This document shows, in pieces, positions 25,901 to 38,450 of a stretch of DNA of 64,000 nucleotides. This DNA is from Takakia lepidozioides (Eukaryota; Plantae; Bryophyta). A program made the position numbers and the translations under genes. Position 1 is the first letter of the stretch, and every line of letters begins with the position of its first letter. The stretch covers positions 74,896,001 to 74,960,000 of the forward strand of contig CM060732.1 in the NCBI GenBank assembly GCA_030704615.1. Direction: 5' to 3'. Below the pieces are notes generated by a model. The model saw nothing but the letters and a program-made list of their open reading frames with translations, ran no database searches and was not told where the DNA came from.

Positions 25901-27070
25901 GAATCAGGCGGCGATGCATTTAGACTTGCTAGTTCCGTTTATCCGTTCTTCTGCCTGATCTCCAGCTCACCTTCCAAGCCTTTCGTGCTATCAAGGGCTT
26001 TGTTACAGATTACCTTCCATGTGTGATCTCTCTCCCCTTTTGCAGAGTTCAGCGCTACTTCATGGGGTGCCTTAAGCTCTTGTCTGAGACTGGCCAGGCT
26101 CTGCATATGTGCTAGTGTCAACTCCTGCAATACCTAGGCTCCAACCACACGTACTGGTGCACACACATAAATCACTGAAGACGACCCAACTTATGTACAC
26201 ACAGACGCTAATTATGGTTAATGATTTGAAATCTGATGCTAGTAAACCATCCCATCAGACTTGGTTTTCTGCCCTCCGATGGTTACCGGCTTATCTCACT
26301 TTTCCACAGAGAAAAGCCAAGTTCGAAGAGAGATAACTAAGAGCTGAGCAACATGTTTGATGGACTATCCGCTGGCAGTCCAACAGCTTGGGGCTGGAAG
26401 ACCCATCGACTCCATTAAGAGAATAGCGACATGTGTATACCTGAACAGCAGCTGCAGACTGTTTTCTCCTTGTTTTGCCCTCGTAAGGTTGAGGAGCCTC
26501 CATGTTGTGAGGTGGATCCTAGCTCGGACCCATTCGTCTCAAATTGTACCCTATCTCTTTTTGCAGAAATAGAGCCCTGTACTATGCGATCCTGCACACA
26601 CCCTTTCAATTTAAGTCAGGTAAATGTAATGTATGGATGTCCAAACACATTCTGTACCGATGAACTTGCCGACATTGACATTACAAGGAACCCGGTAAGC
26701 CGCAGGACACACCGTAGGCGATCTGCGAGAATTTACAAATGTATGTATACATAACATTGATGCGAACCGAATATATGTATATGCTCAGTAACTAACCTGC
26801 CTACCGCTTCATTGATTTCATATGTCCGCGAGCAGCATTTAAGCAAGGTTGATGAATTCATTAAACTTGAGTGATAAGTGTTCCATTTTCAAAGCACGCA
26901 CAGACAAGATTGCTAAGATTACATCGGCTACACTGTTCTGGTTTGTTTGACTACCTTCAGACCCACCACAGGCGATTCCCAAGAATCCTGCATGCGGCCT
27001 GTCGTCCTCTGGTTCTTCTGCATGAATTGCTGATCCGGTGGGGTGGAAAGGAGAGTAGTCTGTCCTCACA
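22971..27070 (-). CDS. Multi-exon coiled-coil protein of unknown family, possibly disrupted
   Basis: E/K/L/Q-rich heptad ORFs at 22971-23430, 23753-24633, ~25105-25280, 25359-25575 and 25939-26130, separated by intron-like DNA. Apparent frameshift near 24400. Gene ends uncertain. Confidence 0.6.
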
Positions 27071-28319
27071 CCCTCCTCACACTGCCTGAATGAGTCTCAC
27101 TATCTCCACAAACCCAATTTAAAACAGGGGTTGAACAATATTAATAATGGAGTGTGGATTTCACGCACTTGCTTGGATCTCTCTTCAAAAAAACTCATTT
27201 CCAAAATGTGACATTGATCTTCTGCTTGGAATTTGAGTACTTACTCTCTGCTTACTGCTCTCTCTCTCTCTCTATACACACACAGGCCAGTCAATATAAC
27301 GAAGCTTTTTCTGTTCTAAGGTTGCACAAATCCGCCGTCTGCATACAGTTGTGGGCTCCAAAGAAATAGCGCCAAAACCCATCGTCCAAGCTGACTGATG
27401 GCATTGGTGTACGTAGCGAGCTTGGAATATTATTGTTCCATACCTGGCAATCACGTTTGCCAGTATTATGACTTCAGCCTACGTACATCGGCCTCGATCA
27501 CCCGATTCCCTGGAGATTTTTCTTGGAAGTCTTCCAGCTGCAGTACCTAACGTACTATGTATGCATCAAAACATTCATAAGAAAACTTGGACCCGTACTT
27601 TAATTGCTTATCTAGATGATTCTCGGAAGGCTTACTGGTGCAGTACTACATACCCTTGTACCGTCCTCCTGCACAGGGTAATACACACAACCCCAATCCA
27701 CGTCGTCAACCGCCCACCACGCAGCAAAGTAGCCAACTAATCTGATCGTGTATCTTCTTCAGCATGTAGAACCTGCGAATAAATCACTATACAGAAATCA
27801 CTCTCTCTGAATTTCCCCACCGCTTTAATCCTGGATGCGGCCCCTGTAGACGGAGATATTCTCATTTTTTGAATGCTCCAGCAGCTCCTCCTGTGGAAGG
27901 CCCCCCTTCCTTGACTGTCGATAGCGCTGAACTTACCACATCAGCACCATCAGCAGCAGAGTAGTACAATGCAAGCTTGTGACTAGAGCAGAACCCACGT
28001 CTGCAATCCGCAGTGGTGGTGCGAGCTGTGGATCCTTCACGCACTCCTCGGCTCATCACTGTGCGTGGAGGTCGCTCTCAACCGGACGTGCGAGAGGACA
28101 TGCAATTCAGTACCAACCAGCCCGCCACTATTTTGTTCTTGTTCATTTTTACTTCATTAGGTATATATTTCTTTGAAAAACAATAAAAACGGGGGAACTT
28201 CCGCTACTGACAACTCGCAACTATGTAATGATCCGATTCCAGTACTCGGGGACGTGATGCGCTTCTCAAAACTCCAGGGTGAAGACACAATTGCTGCAGA
28301 TAACTCGAAGCCACTGCAG

Positions 28320-28989
28320 GCAATCCCTAAGGCTCCAGGCACCCTGCTCGACGTCTTCCGATCTTCAGTTACTAGAAGAAGGATGCTCATTATGATCTAG
28401 TGATTTGGTTGAACTGTGCACTTGTTTCCGTCTATACCTGAGCGTGTTTATGAACGGCTTGGTGGAAATTCCTGCATACGCTCTAACCGCACTGCTGCTG
28501 GGGAGGAAGATGCTTGTCTCCGCCATGTTGCTCAGTGGGATCTGTTGCATTGTTGGCAGCTTCCTTTCCAGTGGGTTGGCTGAAAACTCTTCTCTTCCTG
28601 TTGGCTCAGGAGTGGTCAGCTGGGTTGTGTGCTCTCGGCTGGCATGCGGTATGATAGGCATCTTTGGCATCGCTGGGACTTACAACCTGATTTACATTTA
28701 CGCATTGGAGCGTTCAATGCTGCCCTGGGGCTAACCACACAGAGTGCAGGAAGAGGGGCAGTGATTGCACCACCAGTTGAGGCATTGTATAGCTACAACT
28801 CTTTCCTTGCTTGGGGAATTTCTGGCCACTTGGCTCCCGGAAACTTCAAACCAGCTTTTCTGGGACAGTCTGGATGGATTGGAACGAGATGCAAAGGTAA
28901 GAAAAGAGGCTGAACATGCAGATGTGGAATCTACATTACCTGCGCAGCCCCCTGTTGTCATTGGGCTTCAAAAAATAGATCAAAGCTAG
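28320..28989 (+). pseudogene. Organic cation/carnitine transporter (MFS) C-terminal fragment
   Basis: LYLSVFMNGLVEIPAY, GIAGTYNLIYIY, NAALG...GAVIAP and LPET motifs in different frames, with stops and deletions; no N-terminal half. Confidence 0.8.
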
Positions 28990-30900
28990 CTTCGTCCCTT
29001 CCTTGGCTCAAAAATGCTCCAGCCAGTCTTATGGGTTGCAAGATTTGAGCTTTACCTGATGAGGGCAAGGTTCACAGTGTAACCTAGGGAGTCCAGAAAC
29101 TCTACAATCTACATGCCCTTATGTGCCCTCTCTTACAGAAACATGATTCCAATTGTCAAAACTTTACTAGGTTTTGGAGACATGGGCAAGAGTACGTCCT
29201 TGTCAATATCAGATTTCCAAATTGTGCACCTTTGACATTGTCTCACATTTTAGTTTTTACTGCTTTGGTTACTCGGACTTCCAGGAGGAGTTCAAATTTC
29301 TTTGTAGTTGGTCCCCTAGGCATAGTCTTAAGGGGTTTTTTTTTCCTGGATTCTTTGAGTTTGATGACCTCTTGACTGTCAGTAAGTTTTTTGTCTCATT
29401 GGAGGTCGCTGACCAACTAATCTTTGTGTGTGTTGTTCAATGGCTGGGCAGAGCCCCTGCCATGGACTCATTCATTGGCAAACCTACGGGTCGGTGAATC
29501 CCCTAAAATAATCCAGCAGCCTAGGGAGTGGCAAGTCAGAAATCAAGGGGTGATAGTCTCGGTGGAGCAATGCCAGACAAAGATTCAAGTAGAAAGTCTC
29601 AAAAAATGATCTGTCCAGATCCAGTGGTCCAGACCAGACTATGGGCACAACGTCGAGGACCAACTTTGACATTCTTTCAACTCGTCCACATCTTCAAGAA
29701 TGCAGTTGTAATGACTGAGAATGAAGGAGTTATTCTGATTCCTGGGCCACCGGAGCGGAAAGTTCACCTTCCTTCAAATTGTAATGGTCAGGTGACTAAA
29801 GGCTTGAATTCTTCCTCAAGACTTGAGCTGCTGCTGATTCTGGGGCTCCTACAGCTTGAGCTCTTACTTTAATTTTCAGGTGAAGGGCATGATGGGTGGT
29901 GCAGACAAGATAGAGAAACACAAAACACTGGTTGGGTGAGTGCTATGAGGGCAACAGAGGGAGGCAAGATTCAGTGATAGAGTTTCAATGATTGTTTGGT
30001 ACATTCAGCCTGAGGCAAAAACTTGTGATAACAATTTTGTAGACTGAAAAGAAAAAGAAAAGATTAACTGAGAGTGACAAGATACTCTACTGTGAAAGGT
30101 ATCTGGGAAAAAAACGGTAGAGAGCCTGAAAAGCCTGGTAAAGGGGTGAGTCCTGTTTAAATCAAAAACATCCCCAAAAAAGTCCCTGGGGTTGCAAATA
30201 TGATGTCCCTCTCAATTTTCATGGGCCCTCTGTGAGTCGTGGGAGGCTACTTACTGACCAGCAGCAGGTCCATAGACCCCACACCCACTTTGGATGGAGC
30301 AGAAAAGGGGCAGAGACACACACAGAGGGAGAGCTAGAGTAAGTAATCACAAGTCTTGTGCTTGGCCATGACACAGATGTTGTAGCCTTGTGGGCTATGA
30401 CCTTAAAAGTGATGCATAGTACCTAGGTTTTTGACAACTCTCACAACTGAGTTTGTGTGATTGATCCATAACCTTTTCAACATTGTACAGAAACAGTGAC
30501 AGAGTGGACATATTGCACCGTCTATCTAATGAGAAAGAAACTTTATAACATCCACTGGAAGGTCCAACAGCGAAAGAGAAGGAAACCATGGGGCACCCAT
30601 CGACCAACCACCACAACCATGAAACTACATTTCAACCTCGCGTGATCCTCTAATATGGAGAGCTGCATGTAAATACGCTGTCGGAAGACATCTATGATCT
30701 TCTTAATGAAAAATTTACATCAAGGAGTGGTTGTCCCTAAACAGGGCAGGCGTAAAAACCATGAGTAATATGACGCTAATACTCCTGTGCAGAGGGAGAT
30801 ACTTGGAAGAGCACATCTACTAGAAGTGATGAAACCCTGTAAGACTTTATTTACAACATGTACAATGAGTGAACGTGCATATGATAAGAAGTTCCCAAAA

Positions 30901-32350
30901 AGGGGGGGGGGGGGGGGGAGGAACAAGAAACAAGAGAAGAAAACAAAAAGCTATAGTAAGCTACTCAACTAGAGAAGAAAACAAAAGCTATAGTAAGCTA
31001 CTCAACCAGCGACGAAAACAGAAGCTATAGTAAGCTACTCAAGCAGAGCGACCCTCCCAGCCAACAGCCTGGAGGAGATCAGGCAAGGAGATAGGCAAAG
31101 TGTCAGGCAGAGGCGGAAGATGAGATGACGCGGAGCTAGCCACATCAGCCCGATGCAAAATAGATATGGCTTGTGCTCTCTGCAAAACAACTGAAACATG
31201 TTGTCGATAGTAGGCGACAAGGACGGAGGCATGTGGGATACCAATGGACCCGCTCTTGGCTGCATGATGTGCACATGTCCGCAAGAAATCGTCGAAGTGC
31301 CGGTGCAATGAGCCAAATATCTCGACCGCACACCATCCATATTCAGAGTTCAAAGATGTCACCTTATTCTCCATTTCATCCAACAAATTGATAGACAAGA
31401 AATATCCATGCTCAAAGGTTAGGCGAAACTTGGTTATCCCTCTACTGAGACAGTGCCTTGATAGCTTCACAATGGGAAGAAATGTGTCGGTGGGGTGACG
31501 ATCGCTGTAGTCGCTGCTACAGCGGCTGCAGTGCCTGGTGTGGTAGCTGCGCGAGATAGCAGATCCGCTCGAGTGCGGTCGGCGAGAACGACATCTGCTA
31601 GGGTATGCAAACCATCTCTAGATAGGACGATGTCAACACGGCGGCGTGTAGAGTGGGACGTGAGCGTGGGTCGTAGATGTGGTTGCTCACGCAGTACATG
31701 ATACCCTGCCTCCCGAGCAATAGATGTCACCGCATCGCGAACCATATCATGAGACGCAGTGCGCTCACCACCACATGGACAGCGGAGGAGATGGATGACA
31801 AGGTCATCGATGGGCTGAAGACAGACGCAGCACTGAAGGCCCAATGCCGAAGGATGAGGCAAACCGAGTCGAAGGCGGAGCGCAGTAGTGAAAATAGGGG
31901 ATGAGAGGCGAAAAGGTGCGGTAGTGGGTCGTGCTGCCAACCATGCCCCTGCTCTGGGGTCCTGCGCATGATAGAAGTCAAGCTCGATGCAACTCAGAAG
32001 AAGCACTTGAGAGCATGCCGACGGTGCACGCGCTCGAAAATGGACTCCTGAAGATGGTCGAGGCCTTGAGCAACCAACTGCTCAAATGGTGGTAGACATG
32101 CTCGCGCCGGTGCCGGAAGAAGATCTCGTGCAGAGCGGAGATGCTGCTGGAAGGGTAAAATGTCACTGTCGACATGTGCAACGGCGTCCATAAGGATGGA
32201 ACGATGGTCACAGAGAAATCATGAAGCAAGGGCTGGCGCCACCAACGCCCAACTGCCGAGGAAAGCTGACGGGGCGGTAGTGACATTGGACAAAAGACCC
32301 ACACCACCGGAAGAGACGGGAAGGGTGGAAGTAGTTTGTTGTAACGACTC
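30901..32350 (-). mobile_element. 5'-truncated CRE-like non-LTR retrotransposon (CCHC knuckle plus restriction-like endonuclease)
   Basis: AGAWLAARP...LRLRLG...CVC...HLLRC...HDMVRD...RRVDIV...LADV...EIFG...VSVVLQRAQA, frameshifted. The 3' end has three copies of TTGAGTAGCTTACTATAGCTT (30948-31042) and a poly-C run. Confidence 0.8.
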
Positions 32351-32933
32351 ACAGATATTGGCTATTGTGTTTCCTGCCATGCAAATTTTCAAGCCTCATA
32401 TGTTCACGGTCATTAGGTCCCACCCAACAAAACAGAGTATACACCCACTCAACTATCCCCACAGTTGGAAGCACTGTCCCTTGTCCAAACATAGCTCTTG
32501 TAGACATGTTCAATGATCCTAACTTGGTGTCAAATTTGATCCATTTGAAAGTATGGTTGACAGACTATGGGGAGAAGCTAATTTGGAGTCTCTTTGTTTC
32601 CTGAGCTTGTACCTCCAGGCAAAATGAGCAACAAGGCAATGCTAGGACATGAACTACTTACAACGAGCATCTCATCAACCTCAAGGCGGAGATTGGGTAT
32701 TACCAAAACGTCTATGCCCAAGTTGTTCAAAGACTCGGGAAACGTTCCTGGGGGGGCTTCTTTTATGTGGAATGGGAGGTGCATGCGATGTTTGTGAGGC
32801 ACAATTTCTTACATCTGGTGCAACGCAATGTGTGGGCTTGGATTTTGGGTGCCGTCACGCACGTTAAGCTTTCTCTTTCGGGATTCTGTGTGCTTTGCAA
32901 GACGTTCGAGCTCAAAACGGATACCTGAAGGCC

Positions 32934-35900
32934 ATGAAGGGATGCCTTGTGTCCACCATCTTCCAGCACCAGAGCAGCCTCCCCCATGTGAAGGCTGCCT
33001 CTGTCTTCTACTACCGTTACAAGCTCTGGCTGCCACCTCTCTGCCTCTGCTTCAATTGCACAAGAGCTTTTCCTGGCTTCCACCCGAGCATTAAGCTCAC
33101 AAAAGAGGTCGTTTGGTTTGAGAGTTGGTCGAACCCTCCGTGGGTGAAAGCTGAGCTAGGTGCCATGATGCAAGGCCAAGAACAATCCAGTGATGCTTCC
33201 AGTGTCCAGATACCCCATGGAGCACCAAGCCGAGAATACAACGGGTATTGTTTCGATGATGATTGAAGGCTGTCAACTCAAACAGGTAGAATTGTTTTCC
33301 GAAGTATATAGCTGCAGACTGTATACAATTTTGTCACGAAGAGTTCGCTGAAGCATAAAGGAGCTTTGATATGAATAATTGCAGTCGAGTTTAATCTGTA
33401 CTAAGGGTTTTGAGTCATGCAGGACAGCAGGGTTTAATCAGGCGAAACTCTTTGATGGGCATCAAGCTGGCAGCAAGGGTAGCACCTCCCCTATCAACAC
33501 TGGGTTTGAAGGAGGACCAAAGCAGGAAGTCAAGACAGATGCGTCTGGCCCTTATGGCTCTGTGAGGACCTTATGTAAGAATGGACGACTGAAAGAGGCA
33601 CTGCAGATTTTGAACCAACAAAGCATTCAGGCAGATAGCAAGACTTATGTCTGTCTCCTGCAGGAATGCATCAACAGGAAAGACCTAGCAAAGGGAAAGC
33701 AGGTTCACTCCCACATTGCCCAAAGCAGATCCAAGCCAAATATCTTTCTACTCAACACGCTAATTAACATGTATGCCAAATGCGGGAGTGTGATGGATGC
33801 ACGGCAGGTCTTTGATCAAATGCATGAACGAGATATGTTTACATGGACTATGATGATTGCAGGATATGCTAAGCATGGGCATGCCAAGGAGGCCTTCAAA
33901 ATCTATGCCCAAATGCAATGTGAAGGGGTAACACCAGACAAGGTCACATTCATTTGTGTTCTCAATGCATGTGCCAGCCTGGGAGCTCTGGAAAAGGCCA
34001 AAGAGGTCCATGCTGACCTCAGCAAAGCTGGAATTGCATCATATATTAATTTGGAGAACACCCTTGTCGACATGTATGCCAAATGTGGGAGCATGAAGGA
34101 TGCGCGTCAAGTGTTTGACAATATGGCGGAACGAGATGTGGTCACATGGAGTGCGATGATTGCAGGATATGCTCAACATGGGTGTGGTAGGGAGGCTTTC
34201 AAGATCTATGATCAAATGCAACGGGAGGGGGTGACGCCCAACAGGGTCACCTTCATATGCATTCTCAATGCCTGTGCGAGCCTGGGAGCTCTGCAAATGG
34301 GCAAAGAGATCCACATGGACCTCATCAAAGCTGGAATTGGATCACATATATATTTGGAGAACACCCTTGTGGACATGTATGCCAAATGCGGGAGTGTGAC
34401 GGATGCGCGTCTAGTGTTCGACAATATGGCAAAACATGACTTGGTCTCCTGGAGTGCGTTGATAGCAGGATATGCCCAAGGTGGGTATGATGAAGAGGCC
34501 CTCCAAGTCTATGAGCAAATGCAAGAGCAAGGGGTGAAACCTGACAGGGTCACATTCACCTGTGTCCTCAGTGTGTGTTCCAGCCTAGGAGCCCTGGGAA
34601 AGGGCAAGCAGGTTCATGCTGCCATCATGGAAGCTGGAATTGGGTCAAATCTGTATTTGGAGAATACCCTTGTTGACATGTATGCCAATTGTGGTAGCAT
34701 GAAGGATGCCCATCAAGTGTTTGATAATATGGCTCAACGAGATGTGGTGTCATGGAATGCCATTATTGGAGGACACACTCAGCATGGGGGTGGTAGGGAG
34801 GCTGTTAAAATCTATGAGCAAATGCAACAAGAAGGGTTAACACCTGACATGGTCACATTCACCTGCATTCTCAATGCCTGTGCCAGCCTAGGAGCCCTGG
34901 AAAAGGGCAAACGGGTCCATGTTGACATCAGCAAATGTGGAATTGTGCCAGATATCATTCTGGAGAATACCCTTGTTGACATGTACGCCAAATGTGGGAG
35001 CTTCAAGGATGCGCAGCAAGTATTTGACAACATGACTGAAAGAGATGTGATCTCATGGAATGCTATGATCGCTGGATATGCTCAGCATGGCCGTGGTAGG
35101 GAGTCCCTCCAACTATTTGAGCAGATGCAACAGGAAGGCTTGAAGCCAGACAGTGTCACCTTTATATCTATCATCTCTGCATGTAGCCATGTCGGTCTAG
35201 TGGAGGAAGGCTGTCACTACTTTGATTCCATGAGTCAGAAGTACGGTCTCACTCGTACACTGGAGCACTTTGGCTGCATGGTGGACCTTCTTGGCCGTGC
35301 AGGGCAATTGGATGAGGCAGAGGAGTTCATTAACAGAATGTCACTTGAACCAGATGCTGAGGTGTGGAGGACCTTGCTTGGTGCCTGCAGAATTCATGGC
35401 AATGTGGAGGTAGCGGAACGTGTGGCAAAAAGCATTTTCAATATGGATCCACAGCACCCTGCAGCTTACGTGCTACTCTCAAACATCTATGCTGGGGTAG
35501 GCAGGTATGATGATAAAGCCAAAGTGAGAACAATGATGGAGGACAGAGGTGTCAGGAAGGAGCCAGGGTGCAGCTGCATTGAGGTCGCCAACCAGGTGCA
35601 CACATTTTTAGTGAATGACAAATTGCATCCACAAATTGAGGAGATCCATGCTGAGCTGAAGAGATTGTCTGGGCAGATGCAGGAGGCTGGATATGTGCCT
35701 GACACATACTTTGTACTGCATGATTTGGAGGAGGAGGAAAAGGAACGTTCTCTTTGCCACCACAGTGAGAAGCTGGCCATTGCTTTTGGCCTCATCAGCA
35801 CACCTCCTGGGACACCTATCCACGTAATAAAAAACCTTCGGGTGTGTGGTGACTGCCACACTGCCACCAAGTTCATCTCAAAGATTGTTGGGCGAGCTGT

Positions 35901-35970
35901 CATTGTACGGGATGCCAATCGCTATCACCACTTTGAAAATGGTGCTTGTTCTTGTGGGGATTACTGGTGA
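32934..35970 (+). CDS. PLS-class PPR protein with E1/E2/DYW domain and an N-terminal degenerate PDF motif
   Basis: Main exon 33423-35970 has PLS triplets, PG box, HSEKLA/CGDCH and DYW. Upstream exon (ATG 32934, or an earlier start) to 33244 encodes [30 protein letters not shown] and splices in phase 2 via GT-AG intron 33245-33422. Confidence 0.93.
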
Positions 35971-38450
35971 AATAGGCAGCGTGCATGAAAGATCGCGACT
36001 GTGGCTTCAAACTTCAACCGCGAGGGCAGCAGAAAGGTCAGAATTTGTCATTATTTTGGTGGGCATAAGAGAATTCACTCATAGGACATTGTTTGCCTGT
36101 AGCGCATAAGAGAGTGCAAGCGTAAGTGAACACGAGTCGGTACTGTACATTTTTGAGAGCTCTGTCTATCGTCTGTCACAGGTCTTCATACTATTGACAT
36201 GGAACCTTACTGGACGTTCTGTTGCAAGATTGCAGGGAATGGTAGGTGTGACAAACATCCTCATGGGCTGTGCAACTTACGCAGTAAAAAGGTTAAACAT
36301 GCTGATCCCCAGAAACTCAAAGAGGATCTTGGTCACTTCCTTTGGGGGAAAATCCCGGGATCTCTGACATGTTGATGCTGGGTTTGCATTTCATTCCTCT
36401 GTACTTAATCCACCACAGTATCCAACATGTGAGTTGAAGTGTCATCACAATTAAAGCAAAGAACCATTCGCAGGTAATATATGGTGTCTTCCCTTTATTA
36501 AAGGGAGAAATGCAAAGCACAATTATGGTGAACCAACACCATGCAAGCAGGAGTGTGCAGTCTATTGTAGTCCATGCTTGTTCTTGGGGAGCTCATATAT
36601 GAAGTTCTGACTGCTGAGTTGCAATGCAAGATACATTGTCCTGAATAGTGACTGGGAGTTTGATGGGATTCTCTGCTTCTTCGGATGACATTGGAGGACG
36701 AGTCACAGCCTAATGTCACAATATATTGAAGTTAATTCGAAAGATAGTTTGTGGTTAAAGATTGCTGCCTGCAAATCCCTACAATGATGATTACCAAGTA
36801 AAATGGCACACTGAATGCTAAGTCTATATGTCCAGTTCAGAAATGTCAGGATGAGATCACTTAAACTTCTCAAAAACGTCCATAGAAACCTGACAGACAC
36901 TCAGCGAAATGATGGATGGGGAGACGAAAGACAGAACCAGTTGTGGAAGGAGAAATGATCAGTGAGATGAACACACCACCCATCAGTGGTATTGCCAGGA
37001 AAGGTAGGGAGATGGTTCCTTGCCATCCACTGAAAGGAACAGCATAGGCTGCAACTACTTAGAATGAATCGTCAGGATACCGTGATAGAATGATTACCTC
37101 GGTAGTCCTCTTCCTGATCAGACCCTTGGAGACCCTTGGATGTGCTCCTGTTGAGGAAGGCAGAAAAACCCTGGTCACCTATTCCCAACGAAGTTAGACA
37201 AATGAGCTCAACAAAGCTGGAAGGGAGAGCACCGTCCTTAAGTTGGACAGGGGTCACAGCAATGTAATCCCCCTCTTCCGGTATGTTCACAAGAATTCTT
37301 TCACAGCATTCATGCTGGTTCTCCTTTGCCTCCTTCTTTAGCTATAATGCACCCACATCCTCAGTCCAGGAATAGATCCAGGGGATCTGTTAAGGCCCCG
37401 ATCCTGGTTCCATCCTAGCATACGGAATGGGACGGATCTGACAGAATATTCGACTATCACAGAGCCATGAAGCGCGAGTCCAATTCCTCGGATGCACGGA
37501 CAAGCGTTCTTCTCTCATCAGTGAAGCAAGCTGCTCTTGTGCATCCTGCCCTTGTGGGTATGCCGTGACTGCAAGGCTGCTGCTCTTCTCCTTGTGTGCT
37601 GGATTCCAGCAGAAAGAGATAGAGACGAGCGACTGAATGAGTCGGTATCCGCATATCTTCTCTCCACCTGTCCGTGTCTTGCTTTCAGTGTAGGAATCGT
37701 CCCCGTTTCTTTTCCCAAGTTTGCCTCTGGTGTGGCAGAGCTGGGCTGAACTCGTGCGCATTCAGCGGCTGCTCTGACTACCTACACAAGTGTAGTCCAA
37801 AGAGTAGGTCATCAGTGCTGGGAGGAGGCGTCGCAGAGAACCTAACCGAAGTTTCTCGAGGGAGTCTTTGATTGGGCATCAGATGCCCGCTTACAAGCTG
37901 GAGCTTTTGCTTACATACGGACACGAGCAAGTAAAGAAGGAAGGCCGAGTAAGGGTGTGGCGTTGGCGGTGAAATTAGTCCATCTCCGGTTCTACGAGCA
38001 TAGAACTGGAACGGTAAAGACGGTAAGGGGGGTTTGATAGGATCCCAGCATGAAAGCTATGGAAGTCACCGGGGTCGGGCTGAGATTTTGTGTCTTTATG
38101 GCCAAAACGATTGTCTGTGACTGGAAGGAAGCAAGGCAAGTGGAGACATGAACGATTTTTTATTTTGGAGGGACGCGTGGTAACAAGCTGGACTAGATGT
38201 GCATGTTCGTGTAGCAACATAAAAGAGGAGACAGGCAGGTTGTTCGAGTCCAATCAGGAGTGGCAAGCAATGCAAAGATGTACAGTGTGATGGAAAATTG
38301 TGGGTTGAACTGTGGTCTCGTCCTAGGGAGGACAGTGCTGGCAATTAGGGATTCGCAATGGTGGTATATTTGATGTTTTGGGAAGGTATCGTATTGACAA
38401 AGGATTACGGCTCGTGAAGTGTTGCCAGCCGAGAGAAACGTAGAGGAAGG

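Noticed and set aside
36900-38300. Short ORFs upstream of exportin-4
   Set aside because: No recognisable motifs or consistent exon chain.
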